A stretch of 64,000 nt of DNA from Ramazzottius varieornatus (taxonomy: Eukaryota > Animalia > Tardigrada): contig BDGG01000001.1 in assembly GCA_001949185.1 (NCBI GenBank), positions 9,182,464-9,246,463 on the forward strand, in the 5' to 3' direction. The translations under genes were made by a program, and so were the position numbers. Position 1 is the stretch's first letter; each line of letters begins with the position of its first letter. The notes under the pieces were generated by a model, which worked only from the letters and a program-made list of their open reading frames with translations, made no database searches and had not been told where the DNA came from. This document shows positions 40,557 through 55,642 of this stretch, in pieces.

Positions 40557-41376
40557 GGTACTATCCGAAGAAGTGCTCACGATGGCTCGGGAAGCAGGAG
40601 CGAAGGACAAGGACAATCCTGCAGAAAAACTGCCAACCTAAACTGACTGGTATTAACGCAATCACGCATGACGTCAGGAGACTTGCAGTTTGTGCGGCTG
40701 TTATGCATGCGGCGCTCGTCCAACCGCTGTGATGTCACACAGCCGATCTTCCACAGATTAACGGGAGACAGAATGCATCACAAGTCTGTGAAGTTACAGC
40801 ATCTTACCTGTACCGCATCTCGTTATTCTTCATCTACCCACGCCACATGCGCTTCTACTCATCCCAAAAATTGCTGACAAGAGCAGGATTTGGCAGCAGA
40901 CTCCAAAAGTCGTGGGAGAGGATCCAGCTGTTTCACAAAGTTATAAAATGCTCCAGTCAGCTCTTCTGGTATTGAACAGTTTGCGAAATCGGGCAGCACG
41001 CCAGCAGTCATATAGTTCCAGCGATGGATGGGTACCATATTCCTACCCAGCCAAATTGCGGTGAGCATTTACCATAGATTGCTTGAAATGCGCCGACGGT
41101 AGTCTCAGCGAGACTATAGGAGAGCTTTAACTTCACCAATGATAGATACAAAGCATATCACTAATGGTGCGGAAAGCTTGCATGGAGTGAATACAGAGAT
41201 CAAGTTGCCATCTCGGTTCACTTTGCAACTGTAGCTACGGCCTTGCTCCGCCCCTTTCGTGACGTGTAATTACATTTTGCTTTCCGGAGCTCCCTAACCG
41301 TACAATCAACTGAGACACTATGGTTAGTATGGTATACAGTGAGGTAAAAAGTGAGAGCAGGTCCTCGTCCGAACTT

Positions 41377-42230
41377 TCAGGGAGCGATGCTCGTGTTGGA
41401 CGACCAGTTCTCCGCTCTCAGGAGAACGTCCACATCGCTGGTGTAGATTCCGATTCGTCCGACAGTTGAATACTTAGTATGGTCAGGACCGATGGGGACG
41501 ATGCGGACGAAACGAGGCTTCACCGCGATCCCTTGCAGGTATGCGGAGAGTTGTTCAGTGGTGATGTGCTTCGGAACACCCCTGATGGCGATGTCGCGAC
41601 TCGAAGGGCCTCGCGCTTGTAGTGGATTGGCTGTTATGGTCTGCTCGTCAGCCTGCTGAGTGCCTTTCATAATGACACGTCTTACCTTCCGCGGCACTCC
41701 ATTGTTCTTCGGTAGTTTAGGTTTTCGTGCTGCAATGGAAGCGAACGTAGGAATGGTGGCAGGCTGCTCCGTTGGAATGAGGACACAAGGCTTGGTAGAT
41801 GGGGTATAAGTTGGCGGGACGAGCAGCCGTTGGGGGGTGTTCTCCAATGTGGACAATCTTTTCAGGATGGCTTCATGGCTATCCCGTGGGATCTTGATTT
41901 CGTCTTTCAGCTTCTGATTCGCAACCTGTAAAGGCGTGACCTGGTTTCTCATACGTTCTTGCAAGCGGACCTAGAAATTTTTCAGCGATCGATTAGGATT
42001 CGCCTAACGAATATAGAGATGGCTGTGCCTCTATTTGTATCTCTCTATTGGCATCTCCACTCCCGTGAAGTCTGGATACTTCGCTTCCCCAGCTTCACGC
42101 ACGTTTCTCTTCATCGCTTTTTCCATCTTGGACGGAAGCAGCAGGATGTTGTCGCGGAGGTGATAAATAAGCCATCCTCAGTCGACTGAGTCGGGCAGCC
42201 GTAATGTCTTCAATGAGATGACGGCTGCCA
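41377..42230 (-). mobile_element. decayed non-LTR retrotransposon ORF1-like fragment
   Basis: Intronless. Coiled-coil segment, TFASIA..K, an RRM-like IAIRGVP block and LLRAENW are typical of LINE ORF1 layout. Upstream part has stops; no ORF2 seen. Confidence 0.4.
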
Positions 42231-43189
42231 GATGATTCGAGAGCTTGGTTTTGCGTTGTAGCTCCTACAGCGCATACTATTATTTTAAATTCAGTAACGG
42301 ATCTTGTGTCGATGAGATTCGTTTGATGTCCGGTGATTTTGGCTTCCGCTCAGGCTTTCTTCTATGTGGATGAAAAACCAAGGACGTTCAGCGATCGACA
42401 GGTGGACGGGACGGAACGAGTAAGTGTTTACTGTGACAGCTCTGTTGATGCTGAGGTCAAGGGAGTACATGAGGTCAATCAGCCGAGCGCTCCACAGTCA
42501 ACAGCGCAGCGCGGGGAAAGTCAGCCAATTACTTGCAGGCGGGCGTGGTAAGTCAGGCTACGTCGGAGGCGGTCCCTGTGTCGTCACCCTAATATCAAAC
42601 CGTTCAAGGCCGAAGCATGGGTGATTTCCTGCTTTCCACATCACCAGTGATATGCTTTCATAGACATATGCAAAGACGGTTGAAGACTCTTGCTATCAGT
42701 AATACTGGGATAAATACGATAAAACACGATACGATATTTTCTGATAGATATCTTTCGACAATACTGTATGCTCTCCCGTCATGGTCACCGTATGAGAACT
42801 CTTTCTCTAGTTTCACACTCTGAATGGAGTGACGTACGTGATTTCGGGAGAGTATACAGTATTTATATTTCGTCTTACATATCAACCCCGTATCGATAAT
42901 TCGATATGATACGTTTCTGATATTTTATTGTTGACATATCGGATGTTATTTGCAGTGATTTATCGATAAATCAAGCCAGTAGTACAAAGCTGACCGTGTT
43001 GTAGTCAAAGAAACGAAAGATCTCAGCGACGGGAGTCTCTTATCCTACCGCCTGCACCTATCAGTGTGTGGACTGCGACGAACAAAAACTCAAACAGTAA
43101 GGTTAGAAGTGGAAGGAGCTGAACTCAGACCTTAAACTTGCATCGCTTTAGGTTTGCGCGCTGCTTGATATTAGTGGCTCACCTTCAGG

Positions 43190-45224
43190 TCCGTACAAAA
43201 CCCCTCAGAAAGAAGCAAGAAACAAGGCTCGTGAATACCTTGAGGGATACCGAACGGTGGGTTGCTGGACTTGACACCAAGAAAACAGAACTTGTTCTGT
43301 AAGCCATGTCGCAAGACCATCAGAGTAACGCCTTACTTCAAACCATATACGGTGGACAAGCATCGTAAGACAGCGCATCATCAGGTATCCGCTGCAAGCT
43401 TTGTCCGGACAAAGAGACGCGAGTCAGTGGAACCAACCGAACCATTCAGAGCAAAAGCTTTTTGCGACGGATGTGATACGTTTGTTCTGTTGGATTCCCC
43501 GGCAAGAATTCTCCAACATCACGCGTCCAAGAAGCACCAGCAGTTGCTAGCTGAAAGGCAGAGGAAACCTCTTAAACCTTTGAGATCTATGCGTCCGGCA
43601 AAAGCCAATCAGACAATAATTGAAAGCTGGGTCCGTTCCCTCGCGACAACGGGCCACGCTTTCGAAATTAGCAACCATTTTCAGGACTTCCTTTCCAAGT
43701 TTGTTGAAGGTGGCAGTTGCATCCCAAAAGCCAACACGTTACGGAAGAACTACATACCTAAGCTGGCACAGGAAGAAATAGCTTGCCGAAAAGCTTTATT
43801 CAGAAGTAACTTTGAAAACATTTCAAAAATTACGTCTTTGTGCAACTTAATTAATATATATTGTAGGCAAAAAGTTCACCTTGGCTGTAGATGCCTCTAA
43901 AGTGGCACATAAGCACTGCATGTCCACCGTTATCATCTTAGAAGAATCAGCGAAGGGCATGCTTGTCGATCTAGATTTCCCGAGAGACTCTATGGATGGA
44001 AAGTACATAGCTCGCCTTATGAAGTACGTGATGGGCTTCTACGAGTTAGATGCCCACAACTGCATCGAGTTCGTCTGTGACGGACATTCGGCAAACAGGA
44101 GGACGTTCAATCAGTACTTACGGAAAATCATTCCCAACGCCACCTACATGACCTGCTTTGCGCATATGTGGAACAACGTGCACAAAGATTTCATAGACTC
44201 CATGCCTCAAATCAATAAGTTCCTTTCCTTGGCAAAGATGCTGTTTGCCAACTCCGATCAGAGGGTACTGGCTTGGCAGCTTTTTCTTGAAGACAGAGGT
44301 ATCTTCAAAGCAAGACCCGTGTTTTACGTCGCAAGTAGATGGTCAACGTGGCTCAAGAGCGGACAGTACTGGCTGCGGTACTTCGATCACTTCAGTGAGT
44401 TTATCGACGAGGTGGACAGTGCAGCCCAGTGCATCAGCGAACTCAAGGTTCTTCTCAGAGACTACCGTCAGTCCGTATTGGTGAAGTTTCAGCTCATTCT
44501 ACTGGCAATTTTGGCAATCCCTCTGGAATCAGAACTTGCGAAGTGCGAGTCCAGTTCCTTGCCCGCAGCTCCTTTCGTTCTTCAAGCTGTCTCAAAAATG
44601 CAGGAGTTCTTCAGCCAGGCGAAAGTCGACTGCTGTCAGGATTCAAAATACATTCCCGAAAGTGAGCTGTTCAGAGACATACCAACAAACTTCGATGATG
44701 CCAGGAGTGAGTTCCGAGCTGCATTGAGCAAGGCTTCGAAATGACTCTCAAACCTCATTGCAAACGAGCCTTCGCTTCGCCATCCAGGAGCAAGTTTTCT
44801 CGAAGCCGTTCAGATTTTCAGTCCAGCCGCACTCAGAAGCAAGCTTTCCAATCTGAGTCACCAAGACATAGAGCGCTGGAGAGGTCATCTAAAGTGTGTG
44901 AAGGACGTTACAGCAGAAGAGTGGGCAGACTATATCAGAATGATAAAGGATTTTCCTGAACTTCACAGACCAGAGATCGTAGATTTAGACGACTACTGGA
45001 AGAAAATGGCAGAAGATTTCCCAAATCTGTCAAGAGTCGCATTGCTTAACATCTGGTTGACGGTTAACTCAGTTGAGGTGGAAAGAGGCTTTAGCTATAT
45101 GCATACGTTTCTTGGTTCAAGGCGGGGTTGACTGACTGAAAAAAATATAGCCTGTTTAATGTCTTTCTGCTTCAACGTTCGAGAGAGGTCTTCGAATGAT
45201 GTGATCAAGCGTTTTATCTCTTAG
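43190..45224 (+). mobile_element. hAT-superfamily transposase pseudogene, CGGBP1-like N-terminus
   Basis: Two C-x2-C...H-x4/5-H fingers, GGSCIPKANTLRKNYIP, catalytic D (AVDAS), D (VCDGH), CFAH, SRW, and E (SVEVERGFS). One GT-AG intron 43806-43866; in-frame TGA at 44742 and 45129; apparent 5' frameshift. Confidence 0.85.
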
Positions 45225-45321
45225 AGCAGATACGTACCGTTTTATCCGATTTTAGACCCTCGAACGTAGAATAGTAAAAATGAGACAAATTTGTTTACCG
45301 AAGGCGGAAGTGAAATGAAGG

Positions 45322-45371
45322 NNNNNNNNNNNNNNNNNNNNNNNNNNNNNNNNNNNNNNNNNNNNNNNNNN
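45322..45371. other. assembly gap (50 N)
   Basis: run of N. Confidence 0.99.
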
Positions 45372-45790
45372 GTAGCGGAAGGGTTCAACGAAAGCTGAGA
45401 CTCGATAGAAGGGATGGGCGAAAGCCCTGCCCTTCGGATGGACTTAAAGAACTGAAATCGCATTTGTCGACAGCAAAGTGGTGCAGTTCTCTATATCCAT
45501 CCGGGCGCCGGTGCGATAGGTAGAAGAATCTCTAATTAAATAAAAATTTCGGGACGGATGCACCGGCGCCACGGTCCTCCTCGACTGGAGACTCCACGCG
45601 CCGAGGACTGGGTGGGTATTCGGACTCAGCGGATGCCAGTCGCCCCACGCTAACTGAAATATAATTACGGTTCTACCACCGAGATCTTCGCCGAAAAAGT
45701 TTTATTCCGAATTTTTGTAAACATTTTGGTGATGTCTTCTGATCTTCTTCTATCCGTTGCTGCTGTGCTTCCTTTTCAAAACAATTCTGG

Positions 45791-46030
45791 ATGGAGACGG
45801 AAAAGGAGGCAAAGTCAAGGGAAAGACCACGTCCACGTGCCGCTCTAGCCGCGCTGGACTTGCTGGAGTGTCTCGTCGGTCGCATCCTTCGTATGCTTGC
45901 AAGAGAAACTACGCTGTATGAATCGGTACTGGAGCTTCCGTTTACCTGCTGCCGTCCTCTAGTACCTCGCTGCCGAAGTCCTGCACCTGGCTGGAAACGC
46001 TGCCCACGATAACAAGTAGTCTCGCGTTAT
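45791..46030 (+). pseudogene. H2A: histone H2A pseudogene (frameshifted, 3'-truncated)
   Basis: Across frames it reads GKGGKVKGK..RSSRAGL / VGRILRML / NYA..IGTGASVYL / AVL / YLAAEVLHLAGNAAHDNK*SRV, collinear with H2A residues of about 4-78. Confidence 0.88.
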
Positions 46031-47476
46031 ATATTTATCCCAGCACTAGTAGCCTATCAGGTGCGGAAGTATGGCTTGTCCCCCTTAAAACATCCTGACT
46101 TCGAACAATCATAATTCTGCTCCCCCTCGTCCTTTCGTACTAAACAGATTCTCCTGTCAGTCTACCAACTCCCGTCCCTTGTTTGAGAATCCATCGATTC
46201 AGGTTTGTCAGCTCCGGAGCACGCCAGGAATTGTTTCGACGGAGTCATGCATAAGTGAAATTTCGGGGTTTTTGGTTTTTGAATTTTATTGAGGCAAGAA
46301 CGCGTCTCGCATCGCCGAAGAAATCAGACCTGTGTTTGATGATGAAGCACCTAACAGTTCTACCGTGAGAGATCGGGATGATCGGTTTCCCTCTGGAGAT
46401 TTTCATTCGAAATTCACCCTTACGCAAGACTGAAATCGAAAGTGGACGACAATCTGTTGACCGATCATGTCACACCCGATCCTTCCCAGACTATGAGATA
46501 ACTCTCACAGAATACAGACTAAGGTGTGCCTCCGCAAAGTCTCATAGTGAATTTAGACAAGACGAGAACGAAAAAAGAGAATTTGATACCCCACTTACTT
46601 CGCGCACCCCGAAAAATAACACAGAGTTTTGCCGTTTTTCCCTCTCCGGATCGCAAACAAGAACGAGCCGATAGCAGGCCGCATCACTATCCGTGACATC
46701 ACCGACACTCTATAGAAGATTTCTAAGCGAGAAATAGGATGTTTTGCCAGAGGCAAACTAAGACAGAAAAGCTCGAGCTGTGAGTGGCACTGGAAGAGAA
46801 CCATGATTACATTTCGATGGCCACCTCACACGCCTGACCACTATAAATCTTTTTCATCCAGCAATGCGATAACGTTATTCTATCCCTCTGTAGAACAGGC
46901 ATTATTTATGGAAACCTTCCCTTTGAGCAAACGAAATTATTTCACGAAATGGACTCACTACTGTTGCAAGTCTGCTCCAGAATGCACTCTGAACAAAATA
47001 CTTTCGCAAAACTGCAGGAATAGGAACTGGAATTTCCCATCGAGACTTCTTATAGTAGGATCCTCCTGCCAACAGATTTTCAACTGATGAAGGCATTGGA
47101 CCTTCTCCAGCGAGATAGAGAAATTTTCCCGAAAGTAGATTTGAAAAGCGGCGTTACGGAGATTATTGTCCCTCTTTTCCCAGGCTTTTGCAGCGGTGGA
47201 ACGAAATGTCTCGGAAAAAAATCTCGGGAGTTCCGTGCTAGTATGATGGCCAAAAGTCATAGTTCCGCCCCTGATAGTATAAGTTTATTAGCGGTTGACG
47301 ATTGAAAATGCGCATGTCACTTTCATTCAGTACTCTGAAAAGAGGCTTCCATCTGACCATATCGTTTCAGTTTGTCCGGCACGCAAATGTGGATGGCGAC
47401 CGCACCACGAGACACGGAACATAGAAAAAGTCGGAGCGAGTTGATACGTAGCATTCTCTATTTCGAACAGAGTGGA

Positions 47477-47956
47477 TTATTTCGAGCAGCCTTCGCGGGA
47501 TATTCGTCGCATAGCTCTGGCTACGGTTTTCATCTTATCCTCAAGGGTGGGAACCGGAGGAGCAACCTGAGTAATTTGAAGACTCTGAGAAAGCTGCATC
47601 AGTTGATCGAAACAAGTAAGGCAGAAAACTTTGGTAATGTTTACTGGTCGACGGGTTCGTCCTCCCTTTCCTTTGCCCTTGCCTTTGCCAGTTCGACCTT
47701 TTGCGACAGGCTTCTTGCCTTGAGACTTCTTCTTGCCTTGAGATTTCTTTCTTTGAGGTTTCTTTCCCTGGGGATTTTTCCGTATTCCGTGAGACTTCTT
47801 TCCGTCTCCTCGACGACTCTTACTCTTACGGCTGCTACATTGACTCTGCAAAACAGCGCCTTTGTCTAATATTACTAAACTGTAGATCAAGGGGGACTGT
47901 AAAGTGCGAACACAGAACTAGTGCCGAGAGGCTAAGCGAAATGCACTTACGGACAT
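47477..47956 (-). CDS. small Lys/Arg/Gly-rich basic protein (protamine-like / nuclear basic protein candidate)
   Basis: ATG TCC|GTAAGT (47956-47951), acceptor TTTTGCAG|47845, a 67-codon exon with 28 K+R, donor GTAAAC at 47644, last exon ending ...RRISREGCSK*; AATAAA downstream at 47284-47289. Confidence 0.7.
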
Positions 47957-49075
47957 GGCAATGACGAAGGGCTAAAGTATTACAGATTTTACTGTTTCAA
48001 GTTACAGGAGGCAAGGTATTACAGAGACACTCCGTGAACAAAAGGAATGGCGCACGCAAAAGACTATGGTCGAACCTGAAGTCGACCTGGGGTTCTGGTT
48101 TCTTCGGGCGCGGCGGTTTTGTTGCCAAGACTTTCAAACAATGGCGAGCTAAGCATGGAGCCATCTTGCACTTTTAACTGCTTGCAGGAAGCATGGTTTT
48201 ACCCGCAAGAAAAAAAGAATGGGAGTGACGCAAAAAAGCACTTGCCTTTTTTATACCTGACGCTGCAGGCTTGGAGGTGGGAAAGAATGAATCTAACTGA
48301 AGACGACAATATCAGATTAGATTTTTAAAACAGTTCAGAGTACGATCTGTGAGCATTCGTACAGCCGTATTTCTGCAAAGTAGGAAGAGCTGACGGTGTC
48401 ATGCATATGTGTCATAAGCAACGGAGCTCGAAGCTGAGGTTAGAAAAAAGATATAACTAATAAAAGGTAGCATCTCCGATTACGTCATCTACTAGCCGAT
48501 GGTTTTCTGCCGTTCCACAGAGCTGGTCCTTCGAAGGGGTGGAAAGGAACGACAAACGGCAAGCCGGACTTCTTTCCGAGGTCCATCTGCCTTACAGCTA
48601 CGATAAGCGAGTGCTGCCGGATGCCGACTGAGATTTCAAACGCAGAACAGTTTTCTGGGTAAGGGGAAGACCCGGATGCGCCTTCAAGGAACGTAGAACC
48701 AGAAAGTTTTGGCTGCCGGGACTGATCTGACGCAAGACCAGCAGCTAGCTGGATGACGAGCAAATTTCCTGGTCAGGTGGCTGATGAGGTGCTTCGTCGG
48801 TGTATGGTTTTTTATGCAGCAAATTCAAGACGAAAGTTGCTTAGTGAAGAACTTTGATTTTCCAGCGATAAGTGAGGTCAGGAAGGACTGGATCGCGAAC
48901 AAAGGAAGAAGAGAGATTTCTACGTTACAGCAAATGCCGAGCAACGCTATCAAACGTTAAGTAAAGAAAGCACCGGGTGCGTATTTGCCGTTGTTGAGAA
49001 AGGTTCTCTGTCCTTGCGTTGTCAGTGGTTACAGTCGCTCCCAGGGGGTCGCTGAAAGAGCTGAGGTCCCGCTCA

Positions 49076-49544
49076 TCAATGCTGCAACAAAGAAAGGAGG
49101 GGCGTTGGAATGGAAAGTAAGGTGCGAATAGTTCAGAAGGCCAATTTTATATCCTCTGTAGAAGGGAGAAAATTGGGGAGGAACTTACTCGGCGTCGGTG
49201 CTTCGAGCCTCCTCGGCGGCCTCGTCCTCCGCGGCTGCGGCTGCGTCGTACGCGCTTTCCGTGACTGTGACGTCGGCTCTTGCTTCCGCGGCGGGCTCGG
49301 CTGCGTCTCTGACAATCACAAAGCGGGAACATCAGCTATGGCCACAACTGAGTTGAGCCAGAGTAATTATCTGCCAAACAGGCGTCACCTCCGCTCTTAA
49401 AGTACGCATTTCATTTCGAATTTTGAGTACCATCGACGAACCAGCTGAAATCAGTCTTGGTTTTCGGATACGAGGTCTCTCGTCTTATAGGCGGAAACTA
49501 TCTAGTCGATTTCCATGAGGACCTTACGGTATACTTACAGGCAT
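49076..49544 (-). CDS. Arg-rich protamine-like protein, 43 aa, 3 exons
   Basis: ACAATG CCT|GTAAGT (49544-49539); exon 49308-49189 bounded by TTGTCAG| and |GTAAGT; last exon TTGCAG|CAT TGA TGA. Product MPRRSRARRGSKSRRHSHGKRVRRSRSRGGRGRRGGSKHRRRH. Confidence 0.78.
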
Positions 49545-50522
49545 TGTGAGGGAGGGGGATAGATACTACAGATAAATTAACAGTATGGAGTACGTAATAG
49601 GTAATGCGACCGTTCTTCACTTGACAGAATCTGTAAATGATTTGTTCGAATGTCCTGCATGGCTACCAGAATTTCGTTTAGTTGCCAAGCTCTGCAGCTA
49701 AACAGCCTCGGTTGACCGGTCAGGCTTTGGATCCGTCCTGGTTGCATGGCGTACGCAGTGGACATATTCATCCATTCTTCCCATTTTCTGCGCTGCCATC
49801 GCAGCAACGCCCTGCTCCAAGCCCATGGAAGGGTCCTTGGAGTACCCGAGCACTCTTGCTGTACAGAGAGACAGGACTTTAGTCATGCAGGGAAATGGGA
49901 CTTGATGATGATGCGTAGCGATCTCAAGTCTTCAGTACAGAATACTGCGGGACGTACCTTAAATTAGCTTGCGACAGCGAAGAAGAATCGAAAAATATCT
50001 TTATTTGGGGGGGCCAAGTCGCCTGACCCAGCTAGTCCTTTTAAGCACCTTCACTCAGAAAACCCAATACATTAGCTGAGCACCTCGATCCGTTCGCGTA
50101 GTACAGCCTTCCCTCTGAATTTGAAACACGGAAGAATGTCGCCTAGGGATGCATGACACGGACTTCCTGGAATATTCGATGTCCCGCGTCGCTCTCTACT
50201 CCTATAGACCGCGCACCACGGCAGAGCTCGATCGGAGGCGGTGTGAGCGAGGCAGCCAGACTTTGAACGCCGAAGCCTGCTGAAGGACCCAAACGAGCTG
50301 GAAGTGGGATCGATCCAGGCTTAAGGTCACCTGGACTCATACTGTTGGCGGTTGTACGCCAATTCCTGCTCCAGAGCAGGCGCATCGTTTATGGACGTCC
50401 TGGTAGCTGTCGGATAAACAGCGAATCGATAGACAGATTGATGAGTGTATGTGTTCATAAGCTTGCACAGGAAGAGAGTGTCGTACGTAATCCGTGCAAG
50501 AAGGAAGAGGCATAGCTGCCGC

Positions 50523-50551
50523 AGGAGGAGGAGGAGGAGGAGAAGGAGGAA
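50523..50551. repeat. (GGA)n trinucleotide tract upstream of dynamin
   Basis: aggaggaggaggaggaggagaaggaggaa read directly. Confidence 0.55.
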
Positions 50552-50857
50552 GGGAAAGCATGGCAGCCAGACTTTTCCTCATATACTTGGCCACTTGGCG
50601 ATGCGGCTTTATCGATCACCTCGCTGTTTCTCCCTTAATTCGCTGCTGCTGCTGCCTACCATCATGTGAGTATGCAGGCATAACTATCCCAGGAAATGCA
50701 CATCGTTGCCCGAGCCTATCGAGGAGGTATGCAGCCACCTTCCTTCTTCTCACCATTTTTATCCCTGAACTTCAAAGCTGTTTTGGTCTTTTGCCAGGTA
50801 GGCCACTCGCCTAACATCAATCTGTGCTTCGTCCGGAGTTAGTGGCCAAGAAGCAAG

Positions 50858-54626
<3,769 letters not shown>

Positions 54627-55109
54627 ACCCACAGATATGTCGGAATACTCCATCTTAAATGACTTATCTAAAAAGAAGTCTATCATAAAAATAGCTACGA
54701 ATAACTTGTGGAGATTAATGTACAGTTTTAAGCACAGCTATCCTCAGTTTTGTCAAAGGTTTCAATACTCGGATCTCATATGAATACTGCAATTTGGAAA
54801 GTTGAAGTATTTGTGATCGATTCCGTAAATACGATTGGCGTTTTCCTGGTTTTGAACTTTTATCATGTGTTGTTCGCTCCTTGATTTTGAGATCTCTAGA
54901 GTATCAACTGGCCTCCCTTTTTGTGTTAACCAATATTCCGTTTTGATGTTACATCCCAGTGCTTTAACAGATAAAAACAAAAATGAAATTAACACTCACA
55001 ATGCTAGCAACAGATGTCTAGTCAAGGTATCAGGCACGCTGTGAAATCAGCAAGTAAAATCGCCATCGCCATTTCTTTGTTCAGAGTCAGCTTATGGGTA
55101 AGGGAAACT

Positions 55110-55642
55110 TCAGGAGAATATCCTGGGCAGCAACGTGCATAGCGTTACAGTCATGGGAAGGAGGATGTTGACCAAGGGAGTATGGCGTTGTGGTCCGGCA
55201 CCGTTGCATAGGTCGGTGGTGCACATGCAGACGGATACTCCGCTATCATACTTGCACTCGATGATGTTGGTCCCGGGAACGCCGCATGCGCGGATAGTGT
55301 TGGCACTCACTTTAGCCTTGATGCAGGTATTGATGGCTCCTAATGGCGACTTGCAGTTCGTCTTCATCGATTCCGTCACGTCATCGCACGGGTCACCCGA
55401 TTTACAGACGTAACACGAATGTCCATAACACCCTGCCAGGACACGGAAGCATGTTGTTTCGTCGTCAAGGCAGGACATCGTTCGTAAAACCAAGCTTTTC
55501 CCAGTCGATGTCAAATGCACGGTTTTCGACGAAAACTCGTTAATTCTGCAGGGATCGACTTACCGGAAGCCAGCAGTGCAACAATGCAGAGAGGTATGCC
55601 TAGCTGGGTCCAGATGTCGTTGGTGAGAGGGAGGAGCTTCAT
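55110..55642 (-). CDS. Ly6/uPAR three-finger (quiver/sleepless-like) GPI-anchored protein, 2 exons
   Basis: Signal peptide exon (LGIPLCIVALLAS), CYVC...VCMCTTDLCN, hydrophobic C-terminal GPI signal. Confidence 0.82.

Noticed and set aside
44742-45131. Selenocysteine or recoded TGA in the transposase
   Set aside because: Positions are not Cys-like, no SECIS identified, and other genes in the window use TGA as a normal stop
45504-45570. 11-bp inverted repeat GGCGCCGGTGC / GCACCGGCGCC
   Set aside because: Short, GC-rich, no target duplication; beside an assembly gap so context is unreliable
47477-47956. Calling the Lys-rich protein Dsup or histone H1
   Set aside because: Far shorter than Dsup with no recognisable Dsup/HMGN-like motif, and no winged-helix globular domain
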